The notes: generated by a model not told the origin, from the letters alone. 58,490 bases of DNA, filler included, from Jimgerdemannia flammicorona (GCA_003990765.1; 2 parts of 2 records of this genome joined end to end with filler, not necessarily neighbours in it), one strand, 5' to 3'; numbered from the whole stretch's first letter, positions 15,236 through 29,299 are shown. Made by a program: numbers and translations.

Positions 15236-17799
15236 ACTGTCTAGAGATATATAATATACTCTATTTTTTTTTTTTTTTTTATAATCACAAGGACTTTTAC
15301 TTTATTACCTAATTATTTATATTATACTAATACAAATGAACTCCTTACTCAATCCTACTTAGAAACTCTCTCCCCCCCTCACTATTCCTCTAAAATACCA
15401 TCAATCCTCTTACTACTTCTATATAATATAGTCTATAGTAGATTATAAATTCTACATATATCTCTTACTGTTTTTTTTATATTCTTTAATTTACAGAAAT
15501 CACATTTTCCTAAAGAAACTCTACTAAAAATAATTTATTTTATATTAATTATATAAATCATTAGTCTATATTCTACTAAAACTTCAAATATATATAAGTC
15601 TAGATTATCTCAGTATTTGAAAAAAAAATAGGATCCTTCTTACTAGAGAATACTCTCTTGACTAGAGTACTAGGGGCAGAAATACCTTTCTCTAATATAA
15701 TTTAAATTATACAAACTTCTGATAATACTTTCAGTATCATTTTTAGAGAAAAGATAATAATAATATAATAATTAATAAGTGTTTTGAGGAGTATACTAGA
15801 TAGGACAGCTCTAGTATATTCAACTAGCAGTATGTAGAGAGAAGTCATAGATTGGGAGAGAGCCTGTTGAGTACTCTCTCTGGTAGATGAGGAGGTAGAA
15901 GAGACAGATCTAGTAAACAGAGGTCTGAGAGAGTGAGTTTTACCAATAAGATCAAGACAGAGCATCTGGTGACTGAATTGGAGAGTTGGCTACAGAAGGG
16001 TAAGGAGAAGGAGGGGGCTGCAGAACCTAGTAGTGAGGCCCATAGTGGTAGTATATAATAGAATGAATGAACAGATAAGATGCAATAAGCAATCATATAA
16101 CCCAGTAATAACATCATCATATAATTGAGTGTAACATATAATAAATATAATAAATAATATGAATAATGTGAAATAATGTGAAAAATGATATCTAGCTTAT
16201 CTCTAACAATTGGTACTGCAGTAACTATTACTACAGTAGCTGATTATTATCTAGTAATTGAAGTCTTAATTATAAAGTATTTTTTGCTACAAACTATCTA
16301 ACAAAGATTATAATTACAAATCTCACTAGTTATCAAATTAGTCACTCATACTTAGTCAGAAATCATAGATCAACTTATATAAATACCCCTTAGTTTCTAT
16401 TTAAAATAAAGCAGTTTTAGCTCAGTCCTTAATATATATAAGAATCAAGTTCTCCTCTACACACACACATTCCCCTGAGTCTTAGTAATGATATCTAAGT
16501 AACTTTAGTATTTCTGACTAAACTCTAGAAGCCTAGCTAACTTCTGTCAGAACTGAGACCAGTATACAAATCACAAAAGACTTAAGTAAACTCATTGAAC
16601 CTAAATTCCAAGGTAAATTTAGTCTGTATATAGTAAAGAATAAGACTTTTAAAAGATAGAGCAAATAAGAAAGACTTTTGAAAGATAAGACACTACTGCT
16701 ATAACTACTTTTAAGCAAGCACTTCCTCAAACTAAAGGCTTCTTGGTATACATTATGTACTAAGTCTCTAAGTAATACCTTATTTCCCCAAGTATCTAAA
16801 GGATAAGAGAGAGATAGAAATAAGAGTTATTACAACTTAGTAGCAGCAGATTACTGAGCCAAGATAGCATCAAGAACATACTCCTGAGAAGTTAAAATAA
16901 GACCAATCTTAGACAGAAGTAACCCCCAGAACTAACTGTAGATTTTTTAAGATCAAACTCTCAAACCAGAGCCAAATAAGCTCTTGCTATTAGAACCAGA
17001 TAGTACCAGGAAACCATAGACCCAGGAATCCACTAGCTTGTAATTAACCAAGTATACAAGGATCTATACCAGATCTTTAGAACTTTTCACCCAGAACTTA
17101 AGAATATAGTCAGTCACTGTAGGTTCTCTAAACTTCTCTATGGCTATATTAGAACCACCAGGACTCCAGAATCTACTGCTACAGCCACCTAGGAATTTCT
17201 AGATCATATCTCACCTTCTGCAGCAAGAGAGATAGCTGCTGAGTAGATTACTTCTGACAGATATCATTATACTCCTATCAAGACCTCACTTTACTATAGA
17301 CTAGTTGTATACTATATCTCTGCCATAACAGGGTATGAGAACAAGTAAGCAGGCCACCTATCTCTTACTGCTGAATAAGAAGTAGGTCTATCTACCTAAC
17401 TAGAACCTAATATTCTCTTTGAAGGACCTAGTCAGTATGAGGATGTACTATCTCATCAGGAAAGAGAGTCAGATAAAGGTTCTACAGGATACCAGTCTGA
17501 TAATAGCTAATAAGAAACAGCAGGTCTAGAAATTTACTAAAGATCTATAGGTCAAGAAGATCAGACCTCAGAACCAATCCAGCTACCTATACAGAGATTT
17601 GGCCTACTATCTCTCATAGGACTATTTGATCTGATATCTAGGAATCAAGTAACCCTAAGTTATATAACACTACAATCTCATCAGACAGAATAATCTTCAA
17701 GAGAATCTACCCTCATAGGACCACCACCAATAGTCAACACAATAGTAGATATCAATATTATAGTACTGACTACTCAGCTAGCCATACTAGCAGAGATAG

Positions 17800-20700
17800 T
17801 AGGATAAATTTCTGAACAGAACAAACTAACTAAGATCTTGTAAATTCCAACATTCAGTAGAAAAAACAGTGATATTGAAACCTTCATCAATATAGTTAAT
17901 ACTAGCTACTGAGCAAATCAATAGAATGATAATCAAGTGTTTACAGGAATACTCACCAATAACCAGAACAACACTCTTCAACAGTTGTTTGCTACATCAG
18001 CAGCATAAGTGGAAATAGTAGCTATATTCTTTACTAGAACAGCAGCCAAATTCTGATATACCTTAGAAGAACACTTAGTAATCTGGGAAGACTGTTCTCC
18101 AGTTAATAGACAGATACCTGCCCATAACAGACCAGGTTAGAATAACTATAAAGCAGGCCCAGGACTCAAGACCCTGCTATTGACCAAATTCTGAAATATA
18201 GTCTACATATAAGAAACTTAGAACAAACTGGTCCAGATGAAGTTCTATAAGAATGACAAGGAGAATCTAGAAATCTTTGCTACCAGAATGAATGTCTATC
18301 TCAAAACTGTGGAACTTATCTACCAGAAAAACAATTTGGCCATCAATAATACCAGAGCCAACTATCTCTTTACAGCCTTACCAGACTGACTCATCCAGAA
18401 GATTAAGAAACAAGACCTCCCCCAAGGATATCCCTACTACTTATGGTACTTTGCTCAAGTATAAAGAAAAGCCTGTGAAATTCTTACTGCACAGGTCCTA
18501 CAAAATCCAGAATATAAGAAGGACAACCAATATAGGAGAAATTCCATCAAAAGGAATGATCAAAGGAATGATCAAAAGAATGATTAAAGGAACTAGCAAA
18601 ACTCCAGAGAATCAAGACCTCCCACTGAGGATGAAAAGAAGCAGCTTTATGAAAAAGAATTATACTTTATCTATAAGAAGGCAGAATATATCTCAATCAG
18701 ATGCCCTGAGAAGAGAGACAGATCAAGTGAACCTAGTAATCAGAACATTACTGTAATTGGAGAAGGTCTAGAAAAGAAGAACCCTGAGAATATTATCAAA
18801 GTGTAGAAGATATGGTACAAGGCTATCATCCCCACTAAGGCCTATCCTACTGATGTAGAATACATATAACCTCTACAGTAGCCAAGACCTCACCATCTCA
18901 CCAAGTATCAATGCTACAGTATGAATAGAGATTACAATATAAGCTCTCAAAGATATATATATCTGCCTTACTAAGTGAAGAAGCCTAGCCAAAGAATTCA
19001 ACATCAGGCTAGAAGAAGGAGTAGTTGACTAAGAATTTACTGGTAAAATCTATATCATCTTGCAAAATTTTGGAAATACCTTATTTGAAGTCAAAACAGA
19101 CCAAAGAATTACTCAAGCAATCATTGAAGAAATCCATCAAGATCTTACTATTGAAGAAGTTTCTGAGCTCTCCTAGATAGACTATGGCAAGAAAGGGTTT
19201 GGATCAACCAATAAACACCCTCAGTCAAAAGATTACCACTATGAAGGAAGATAATGAAAACTGGTATAAGAGAATTATAGATAGTTATATACTATATAGA
19301 TGATGCTCTCATTCTATCTAAATGTACTATATGGAATATATTAGTAAACGTCATGTATGCCTCTCTAAAGTTTTCAAAATTCAATCTGAGAAACACTAAA
19401 CCCAATAGACTGAGGAACCTAAACAAGATCACCCTCTTTGTGAAGAATGGGGAGAAACTAACTTCGAGGAGACTAATAGTAATTAGGACAATAATGAGAA
19501 TGAAGAGCTCAACACTATCAAGAAGGAGGATAGTTGTATCAAATTTACAGGCCAAGTCATAGAATTTCAATATCTTACTTAATAGTAGTATTACTAGAAA
19601 CTATATCAGTACTAAGACAGCCAAGAGGATTAGAGCCTAAAGTAGACCAGCTACTGAGAAAAGGAGTATTACCTTTGGTGATAGTAAGACTACACCACTG
19701 ACCAAGATCTGTGAAGATCTCTTGCTTAAGATTAGCAAATATTAAGAGAAGTTAGACTTCAGTATTATAGACCTCTTATGTAGGACAAGACATTATCCTA
19801 GGAAAAGCCTGATTGACCTAACATAACCCAGATATCAACTAGAGGACCAATGAGGTTAATCTGACCTATGAAGGCAGAAAGATCATTCTGATACTCCAGA
19901 AAGATACTAATTATCAAGAAATTGAAATCATCTCTATCATCCAAATGAAGAGACTCTCTCAAAAAAAAGAAAACACCTACTTCATCATACTATACAAGAA
20001 GTTACTAAAGCTCTGAGTAGTCCAATCTCAATAGAAGCTCAAGAACTATTTGAGAAATTCCAAGATATATTCCAGGACCCTCAAGGACTTCTACTCAAGT
20101 TCCAAATCCAATATGGAATTAATCTCATTCTAGAATCTGAACCTCCATATAAGAGTATCTATCAACTAGCCTAACCTAAACTCAAGACTCTCAAGGATGA
20201 GTTGACTAAACTATTGGCCCAAGAATATATTGAACCTAGCTGCTCTCTATTTGGAGCCCCCATTCTGTTTATCAAGAAGAAGGATAGCTCTCTGCAAATG
20301 TACATTGACTATAGAGCCCTTAATAAGATTACTATCAAGAACTGATATATCTTGCCTAGGATTGATAAGTTGTTATACCAAATCTTCAAGACCAAGACCT
20401 TTTCCCTACTAGACTTGTGAAATGGCTACTATCAGATTCTCATTGATGAGAAGAATATTGAAAAGACAGCTTTCCAAATATTGTTTGGATACTATCAGTT
20501 CTGAGTTATACTTTTTGATTTGATCAATATACCAGCAACATTCCAGTATCTGATAAATGACATCTTTGGACTACTCCTCAATATTTGTGTCCTTATATAT
20601 ATTGATAATATACTAATCTACAGTAAAACAGTAGAGTTACACTATACCTACCTCAGATAGATACTGACTCTTCCACAAGAACACCAGCTCTATACTAAGA

Positions 20701-22930
20701 TGAGTAAGTATAAGTTCTATCAAGATCAGATTAAGTATCTAGAATATATCATCTCTGCTGAAAGTATCAATGTAGACTCTTAAAAGGTATCAGCCCTCAA
20801 GAATATTCTCATCTCTACTACCCTCAAGCTACTCTAGCACTTCCTGAATATTGTCAGTTACTACTGAAGGTTCATCTAAAGATACTCTGTGATTGCAGCC
20901 CCACTGACCAGTCTGGCCTACAAAGGAGTAAACATCAAGACTAAATAGATCCCCAAGTGTACCCAGGCTATAGACTACCTCAAAAGACTCCTTACTGAGG
21001 CCCCAGTACTAATTACACCTGACCCTACTAGGCTATTTACTCTGAATATAGATATCTCTAATATTGCTATTAGGGCAGTACTCAGTCAAGAAGATCACCC
21101 AAGTGGCCTATCTTTCCCAAAAGCTTAAGCCAGCTAAGACTCAGTATACTATCTATGAGAAAAAACTCCTGGTCATTATCACTATACTCCAGAAATGATA
21201 TTATTTCCTCTTAGAACAACTATTTATAACCTATACTGATCACTATGCTCTGCAGTACATTTATATATAGCCTATGCTGACTCACAGATAAGTCTGCTGG
21301 ATGGAAATCATTGTCAATTTTGATATAGAAATTAAGTATATTCTAGACAAAACCAAATATATAGCTAATAGTTTCTTCAGGTATATAGAAGACAAACTTG
21401 TCTTTATGGTCAAGGTAATTAGAGACCTTACCTAGATAATTAAGAATAGTTATCAACAAGACAGCCCCCTGATGAAATTCCTTCAATTCTGCAAAGACCC
21501 AGAGGCCAAGATCCCAGAACCTATGAGATAAATATCCAAAAGATTTACTTACTATAATAAACTTATCTATAAGAACTATGACAGAGTGGTTGTATCTAAT
21601 AATGATACTCTGCAGCTCAAAATCATACAGAAACTCCATGATACTCCTGCAACAGGATACTTTGATTTTAAGAAGACCTACAACCTCCTCTCAAGAGAGT
21701 TCTACTGGGCAAAGATGACTAAGGATATTAAAGACTTTGTGGTCTCATGTAAGATATGCCAAAGATTCAAAAGTAGTAACAAGCTACTCACAGAACTTCT
21801 GCAACCCCTGCCTATCCCAAGTTACAACTAGGATTAGATTGCAATAGACTTTATTGTCCAGCTCTCCAAGACTAAGGCAGGATGAGATACCATTATAGTA
21901 TTCATAGACTACCTAAGCAAACAAGCCCATTTTGCATCTACTAAGACCACTGCAACAGTACTAGAGATTGCCAAGATTTTCCTCAACCAAGTATTCAGAC
22001 TATATAGTATACCTAGTATCATTGTATCTAACTAGGATGTGAAGTTTACAAGCAACTTCTGGAAGACATTCTTCTCTCTCTATAGAACTAAGCTGAAGTT
22101 CTCTACTACTTACTACTCCAGACTAATGGTCAAACTGAGTGAACCAACAGGACTCTCAAGCAGATGTTTAGTATCTTCTGCTGTTATAAGCAGAATGATT
22201 GGGATAAGTATCTAGCCTATACTGAGTTTGCTTACAATAATAGTCAGCAAACCTCTATAAAGAAGACTCCATTCTTCCTGAACCATGGTCAACAGCCAAG
22301 AACCCCAAGCACTACTGTAAAATCAGTAGTCTCAGTAGTCTAAGATTTAGCTGAGACCATTTCTGATCTTACCCAAATGATAAGAAATACTCTCATAGAA
22401 GCACAGAACTATCAGACCAAGTATATGAACTTGAAGTAAAGAGAAGTCTCTTATAATATTTGTAACATGGTCATACTTAGAACAGACCACCTTCATCTAG
22501 ATATCCTAGTACAACAATCAGTCAAGAAACTCTATACTAGAAGAATTAGACTATATAAGATTATAGAAAAAGTCAGTAAAGTCAACTATAAGTTACAACT
22601 TCTCTACAATATTTGAGTACACTCAGTATTTCATATTAGTCAACTAGTGGACTACCATGAGAATCCATTCCCTGAGTATATAGTTCCACCACCACTCCTA
22701 ATTAGGATCAATGATTATGAGGAATTTGAAATTGAGAAAGTACTTGATCACAAGGTCTACAAATATCTCAAAACAGCCAAACAGTTTTTCCTCATTAAGT
22801 AGAAGAGTTACCCTACCCATAACATTATCTAGGAAAAAGAAAAAGCTCTGGAGAATATATACAAAGCCCTTCAGGACTATATGGAAACACTCACTCTCCA
22901 GCAAAGAAAGGAATTGCAGCTCTAAGGCTT
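17800..22930 (+). mobile_element. Decayed Ty3/gypsy chromovirus: gag-ZnK-dUTPase-PR-RT-RH-INT-chromodomain (LTRs not resolved)
   Basis: Mutated knuckle YFIYKKAEYISIRCP (~18660), protease LLNSSITRNYIS (~19575), [17 protein letters not shown] and YIDNILIYS, integrase zinc finger HDTPATG..CKICQRFK, core QTNGQTE, chromodomain EEFEIEKVLDHK..FLIK*KSYP (~22720). Many stops. Confidence 0.92.
18790..19209 (+). pseudogene. dUTPase domain within the gypsy element
   Basis: Degenerate motifs in the correct order: IPTKAYPTD, NLYS, RSLA, GVVD*EFTGKIYIILQN, DQRITQ, YGKKGFGST. Confidence 0.85.
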
Positions 22931-23089
22931 AGAGCATACAGTAATAAAAGAAGATACTATATATTTATCTAGAATATACAATACCAAATATTAATAGAAA
23001 AAAGAAATATGATATCTAATTAACAAGAAAGATACTCAGGTGAAGGACAATTCAGCATAGTGAAGTAAAATACATTTGAACAACTCTAT

Positions 23090-23279
23090 TTCATACCATC
23101 TGTATCATCTCTACTGGATGATAATGGGGTCCTTGGAGGACCCAGTGAGTGGAGAGGAAATTTGCAAGGTTTTGGCTATAATGAGTAAGAGGATAGCTCT
23201 GGGGGAGAATGGACTTCCCTGGAACTTTTGAAAGAAGATGACTGGGGTGGGCGAGATATTGGTAGAGATGGCAGATATA
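23090..23279 (+). mobile_element. Short fragment of an older L1-like LINE RT
   Basis: LEDPVSGEEICKVLAIMSKRIALGENGLPWNF*KK corresponds to the KAPGxDGLPxEFW motif that also appears at ~26915. Confidence 0.6.
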
Positions 23280-26200
23280 TGTAGTGAGGTTTTTTGGTCA
23301 GGAACTTAGATTGGGGGCCAGCACCTAGGACTGGTCTCCTTCACCATCTTTCTCTGGCACCATTCAGGTTACACAACCTTTGGAAGGCACTTATAATATT
23401 ATTTTTAGAGAAAAGAGACTAACAACATGGTGACTGATAGGCAATCTGAGGTACATACTGGGCAGAGCAGCCCAAGCACTTTCAAATGGCAGCAGGTGGA
23501 GAGGGGCCCGGGTCTGGGGGGGGGCATAAGGGGGCTACTGGTGGGAGGATGCAGAAGAGGTGGCAGTATTGATGGTAGACAAGGGTCTGGGAGAGCAAGC
23601 TTTGTAGAGATGGTGAAGGGGAAGCAGCAGGCATCAGGGCTGGAGGGCTGGCTGAGGAGAGGCAAGGAGACTGAAAAGGTGGTGGCGCATGAGGGAGTAG
23701 CCCTTGAGAGGGGAGACAGTAGAGCTGGGAGAGTAGTGGCTGGGGGGAGTATGACTGCTGATGGCAATGGGACTGCCAATCTGGAAAAAAATCCAGATGT
23801 GATGGCTGTTGACAAGGCTGAGTGGCTGAGGCTTGGAAGACAAGGGGATTTGGTGGATGGCATGATGAGCCTGGTGGTGGCTCTGTTACTCAAAAATCAA
23901 TCTCAGCATTTGTGGTTATACTATGCTTCTGGGGCTTAGTGGTGATGGTGAAAATAGTACTGGAGCTTATCACTAAGCAGGTGGCAGGTGCCACATCAGT
24001 GAAGTTTTTGAAGAGACTAGAGGGTGTGGAGGTGGGTTTTGAGGAGGCAGAGTCACTGGAGGAGGCACTGAAGATTGGGTTGGTGGTTGGAGAGGTGTGT
24101 GTTCTGATGGTGAGGTATCTGAAATGAGATCCGAGGGTAGTCCAACTGCTGGTAAAAGGAGTGCCCATGGTGACAGTGATGGAGATGAGAAAGAGAGTTG
24201 AGGATGTTATGACAGAGTATAGAGAGGTGGTGGATATTGGATTCTGGGTCTGGGAAGGGACCTCACTCAGGACTGGAGATGTGGATATGAGGATTTGGCT
24301 GGCTGGGAAAGAAGCTACTGGGAAGACTAGGAACTGGTCTTCGGTGATGGTCTGGGGAGCAATCTTGTACAAGGTGATGAGGGTGAAAGGAAGTGAAGAG
24401 GAGGAAGAGGATTAATTGGAAGTGCTGGAAGAATTGGATGGTACTGTGGAGTGGCAAGCAAAGACTTAGAAGGCTTTTGTGGAGTCAATGTACCTAGAGG
24501 TGGTAGATAGAAAGAGGATTCAAATGGACAAGGTGTAGTGGGAAAGAGCTCAGGGGCATAAGAGATAGAAGGATCTGCTGGCTAAACTAGAGAGCAGACT
24601 ACAGGAAGATGTGAGCAAGTTGATGGGTATAGAAGGGGCCAAAGTGAGTGTCTGGGCTGGTGAGAGGGCTGGTGAGAGGAGTGGAAATGCTGGGGAGGAG
24701 ATAGGGAAGGCGAAGGAGGTGAAGATTAATGACCTGTATACTGATGGCACCTTGGAGGTTTGGGATGAGGTCTGAGAGAATTTTCCCACTCCTTCTCCTC
24801 TTATCAGGTGAGGCCCAGCTTCCAGAAACAAGATAGTGGAGGACATGACAATGCTGGAGACCCATCAAGTGAAATTTGGTGTTCCAGAGGTAATGAACAG
24901 GGAACATGTGGTGGTGGCCAGGGAGGAGGAACTGGTGGATGTCCCAGAGGTGTAGGATGAGGCTATGAGTACTGGAGCTGACACCACAATACTGGATGGA
25001 GGGAGGCTGGCAACTCCTGGAGGGAAGGAGATGGGGAACCTACTTTGGATGTACAGGATGATAAATAATCTGGTGGCTGAAGAGTTGGGGGAGGTGGACT
25101 TGTGAGTGATGGGTGATGAGCACTGGATGCAGATATTGCAGGGAGATGGAGTGATGATGGCACTGAAGGCAGAAATTCTTGTGGTGTATCTGGAGGAGGA
25201 GGGGTATGAGGTGGACAAGGAGCAGGAGGCGAAGATGGTGGTTGTCACTGGGGAGAGGGCTGAGTACTGTTGGAACAAGTATCATAGATTACAGCTTTGG
25301 CAGGAGGCTTACATTGAGTACTGAGAAGAGTTTGAGGAGAAGGCAGATAGGGAGATGAATGAGCTGTTGGCTGGATTGGAGGCTCAGAGGGCTGAAGAGG
25401 AGGAGGTGATAGCAGAACATAATCTGGACACAGCACAGGAGGAGATGAGTATGGAGCAGTAGAGATTGACTGATAATAAATTATATTTCATTATGAACAG
25501 TACAACCAACATTTTTTCTTTGAACATAAATGGGCTATGGGGTGCTGTAAAATATAGGACCATTTTTATTTGGCTGAAGGAATTGGAGGCCGATCTCTTC
25601 CTCTTACAGAATGTCAGGTGTGAGGATGACTCTGATAGAATGAAATGGACAAAGGAATAGGGTGGTATGGCGATTTGGAATGGCAAGGTCAGGATTCTGG
25701 TTCAGAAAGGCAGAGGGGAGATAAGAGATGTAAGAAGCTGGGGGGAGAGGCTGGTCTGGGGGGATTGGATTCATGCAGACTGAGAGCTAGTTATAGTTGG
25801 CTCCTGTTACTGCTCTGCCATAAGGGGGGAGCATGTAGATTGGGTGAAGGGTCTCCAGGAGAGTGGAGTCCTTGCAGAGGCTAGGGTAGATATACTTGGG
25901 GGAGACTTCAATATGGTTTGGGATATACAGATGGATAGAACTGATGGAGGATGGGATGCTGAGAGCAGAAGTGGGGGGCTGGCAATATGGGAGGATGTCA
26001 AAAGACTAGGAGTGCTGGTAGATGCTGGTAGGGAGTACTGGGGGAATAGAAGGGTATATACGCATTGAGCTGGAGGCCTGGGGACAAGGATCAACTTGAT
26101 TCTGATGGCCAACTGTTGGGGCCAAGATGTTTGGAAGTCACTGGAGGTGGAATGGTGCCCATGGTCGGATCACTGGGGTCTTTTGGGACAGGGGTGCTTT

Positions 26201-29199
26201 GGGGGAAGTGGGGATGGGTCTGGACATTGGCACCTAAATTCCTCCTTGTTAGATGATGAGTCCCAGTGGGAGGAGTGGGCTAAAGACATTTAGCTGAAGG
26301 TGGAGAACTGGTGGCAGGAAGGTGTCTCGATTGGGGTTTGGTGGATGAGAATGAAAGAGATGGCCAGGATATACTGGAGTGAGGCTGGTAGGGAGGCAGG
26401 GAAGCAGTGAAGACAGAGAGTGCATTGGGCTTCTACTAGATTGGCTAGGCTTCTGGAGGAGTGGGCGAGACTGGCAATAGTAGAGAGAGAAGAAGATTAG
26501 AGAGTAATGAGGGCGAAGATAGAGGTTGGGGAACTACAACAGGTACTGTGGGAAGAGGAAGAGGCAAGAGTGCAAAGCTTAGTGGCACAGCTTCAGTGGC
26601 AGGGGCTGGAGGAAGGGGAGAGGCCTTCCAAGTTTCTCACAAGGACCCTTAGGGCAAAAAGAATTCAGCAACAGTGGGAGGGGGTACTTGACTTGGATGG
26701 TGTACTAGTACATGGTGTACAGGATATTCTTGGATCACTGAAGGAGCAGTGGAGTGGATTGTGGAGTGAGGAGGAGAGTGGGGTGGATGCTACTACCATT
26801 GACCAAATATTGGAGGATTGGCACCCACCATGAGCTGAGGGACTAGGTGATCTGATGATATCTGTAAAGGAGGATAAGATCTACCAGGTTCTTGCCACAA
26901 CAGTCTCAGGTACAGCACCTGGGGAGGATGGCCTACCCTGGGACTTCTGGAAGTAAATGGTTGGTGTCTCAGGTGTGATGGAAGAGTTGACGGCATTGTG
27001 TAACTCTATATTGCAGACAGGGAGATGGGTAGGGGAGCAGGATCTTGGGCTGGTGATACTGCTTTATAAGAACAAAGGAAGGCGAGAAGATTGGAAGAAC
27101 TGGCAGCCAATAATGTTACTAGATATGGACAGAAAGTTGGTAACTAAGGTGGTGGTTGTGAGGCTACAAAAGATAGTCCAGCAAGTTATAGGTATTGAGC
27201 AGAGGGGATTTGTGGGTGGTCAGCTCATTAGGGATAGCACAGCCTGGGTATATGGAGTTATTGAAGGGGCTAGAGCCTGTAGACTGGATGGGCATCTGGT
27301 CTTCTTGGACCAGGAGAAGGCTTATGATCAGGTGCAATGAGTCTGGCTAGTGAAAGTATTGGATAGAATGGGGGTTCCAATCCAATTTTGGTCAGCAATA
27401 GTCAGCCTACTGGAAAGGAGTAGGGCTGCACTCATATATAATGGGTATAGAGGGATAGCATTCCCTCTGAGTAGGGGGGTGCCCCAGGGGGACCTGCTAT
27501 CCCCCATCTTGTATACTCTTTCCTTGGAATCCCTAATGAACAGAATTAGGTGGAGGATAGTGGAGCTCTCTATCTATAACATTGGGTGGAAAGTTGGGGC
27601 CTTTGTGGATGATATGGTGGTTGGTTTGGGTTCAATTGCTGATGTCAAGGAGCTCAAGAAGACAGTGGAGTGGTATGAGGAGAACTCTGGGGCAAAGCTG
27701 AATTGGTACAAGTGTGAAACAATGGTGCTAGGCAACAGTCTGGTGGGAGGAGAAGTTATAGGAACAATTGTCCCCACCAGTGAGGCAGTGCAGTACTTGG
27801 GCATCTATTTGTCAGTCTATAGGTCAGTTCTGCCCAAGCTTTGGTGGGAGCAGCGAATTGGAATTTGGGAGGAGGACCTGCAGGGTTGGGGGAGAAGACA
27901 CTTTTCTCTGGCAGGATGGGTCTCAATTTTGAATGTATATTGGCTGCCGAAGCTGTGGTATTTGGCTTACCATCTGGACTTCCCAGCCTGGGTGGTGAAG
28001 AGATTGGTGAAGGTGGCCAAGGGATGGATTTGGGCTGGCAGACGAAGCCAGATTGGTTGGGAGACCTTGTCCCTACTGGTGGCGAGAGGTGGTCTTGGGC
28101 TGGTGGACTTTCCCAAATGACTACACTGCTTGAGGGCATGGTGGCTTAAGAGGGTGGTGGAGTTGCGAGGAGGGGGTTGGGTTCCCCTGCTGCAGAAGGT
28201 CTGGGAGAGGTGGTCATCACCAAGAGGCTCAACTGGTGATCTTCTCTCATTGGTTGAACTTCAGAATACTGCACAATTGCAATATAAAGGTTTCTGGTAG
28301 GAGATAGTGGAGGGGGCACACTACATTGGTATTCACTGGTAGAGAAATGAGGGGGAGGAGGCTGGGACCTAGATATGTAGAGATGGGATGGTATACTGCT
28401 GGGCAGCATACCTCTACTTGAGTTTGACATTGGTGATGGAATAGAATGCCAAAGAGGACCAGGCCAGGATCTGAGGCCTAGTAGTTGGTAAGGAGTTGGA
28501 ATTGGAAAAGAGTGGGACTGGTATGGTGTTTGGATCTGAAGTACCACAGTGCAAAAATGGATGCCACTGAAGTACTGGGTGGTCTGGTGGCACATGCTGA
28601 GGAGGAATATAATGCTCAACTTCTGCTCAGGGCACCTTATCATAGGGGGTTGCTTTGACTGTGAGGAGTGCTATAATGTAGGGCAGGAAGGAGGCTTTGT
28701 ACAGATGCCAGAACATTGGCTAGGAGAGTGTGAGGTATTGGGAGACTTTTGACAGGTCATCAGGGACTACTTAGGGGTAAGGCATAGGAGAGATAATATA
28801 CAGGACTTGAGGGATCGATTGGTAGGAGGGGTAGGAAAGGAGTGGATTACCTTAAGTTGGGCATTGGCTATTTGGGTTGGGCTGGCCAGTTACTGGCTAT
28901 TTGTTTTTGAGGATGGGAGATGACAGAGCTCAGGGAGCCAGTTATCATGGTGGCAGAGACTTATGGAAGACACCTTGATAGGCTGGTGGCTTGGTTGGAG
29001 GCTATAGAGGGGTTGGAGATACTGCTTGGTGGAGAAAATCTGTGGACAGAGCAGTGGGAGAGTTGGAGTCATTGGTGAGAGGATGATCTTTATTCATAAA
29101 GGGGTGGGAAGGTGCTCCCCTATGGGGATTGGATAGTAGGTGGTGATATTGTATACTTATTCATAGACTGGTAATAAAGATGGAGTCTAAGTGACTAAA
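23280..29199 (+). mobile_element. Near full-length L1/Tx1-like LINE (ORF1 + APE-RT-Zn ORF2), pseudogenised
   Basis: ORF1 relic ~23427-25460. APE motifs SLNINGL, LFLLQ, GGDFN and SDH. RT motifs APGEDGLP, QRGFV, FLDQEKAYD, GVPQGDLLSP, AFVDDM and YLGI. C-terminal CFDC..EHWLGEC. AATAAA at ~29173 just before the contig end. 5' boundary is approximate. Confidence 0.92.
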
Positions 29200-29299
29200 N
29201 NNNNNNNNNNNNNNNNNNNNNNNNNNNNNNNNNNNNNNNNNNNTTAATTAATTAANNNNNNNNNNNNNNNNNNNNNNNNNNNNNNNNNNNNNNNNNNNN
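29200..29299. other. Artificial contig-joining spacer
   Basis: 44 N + TTAATTAATTAA (stops in all six frames) + 44 N. Flanking pieces are 29199 and 29191 bp, as expected for length-sorted concatenation. Confidence 0.95.
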
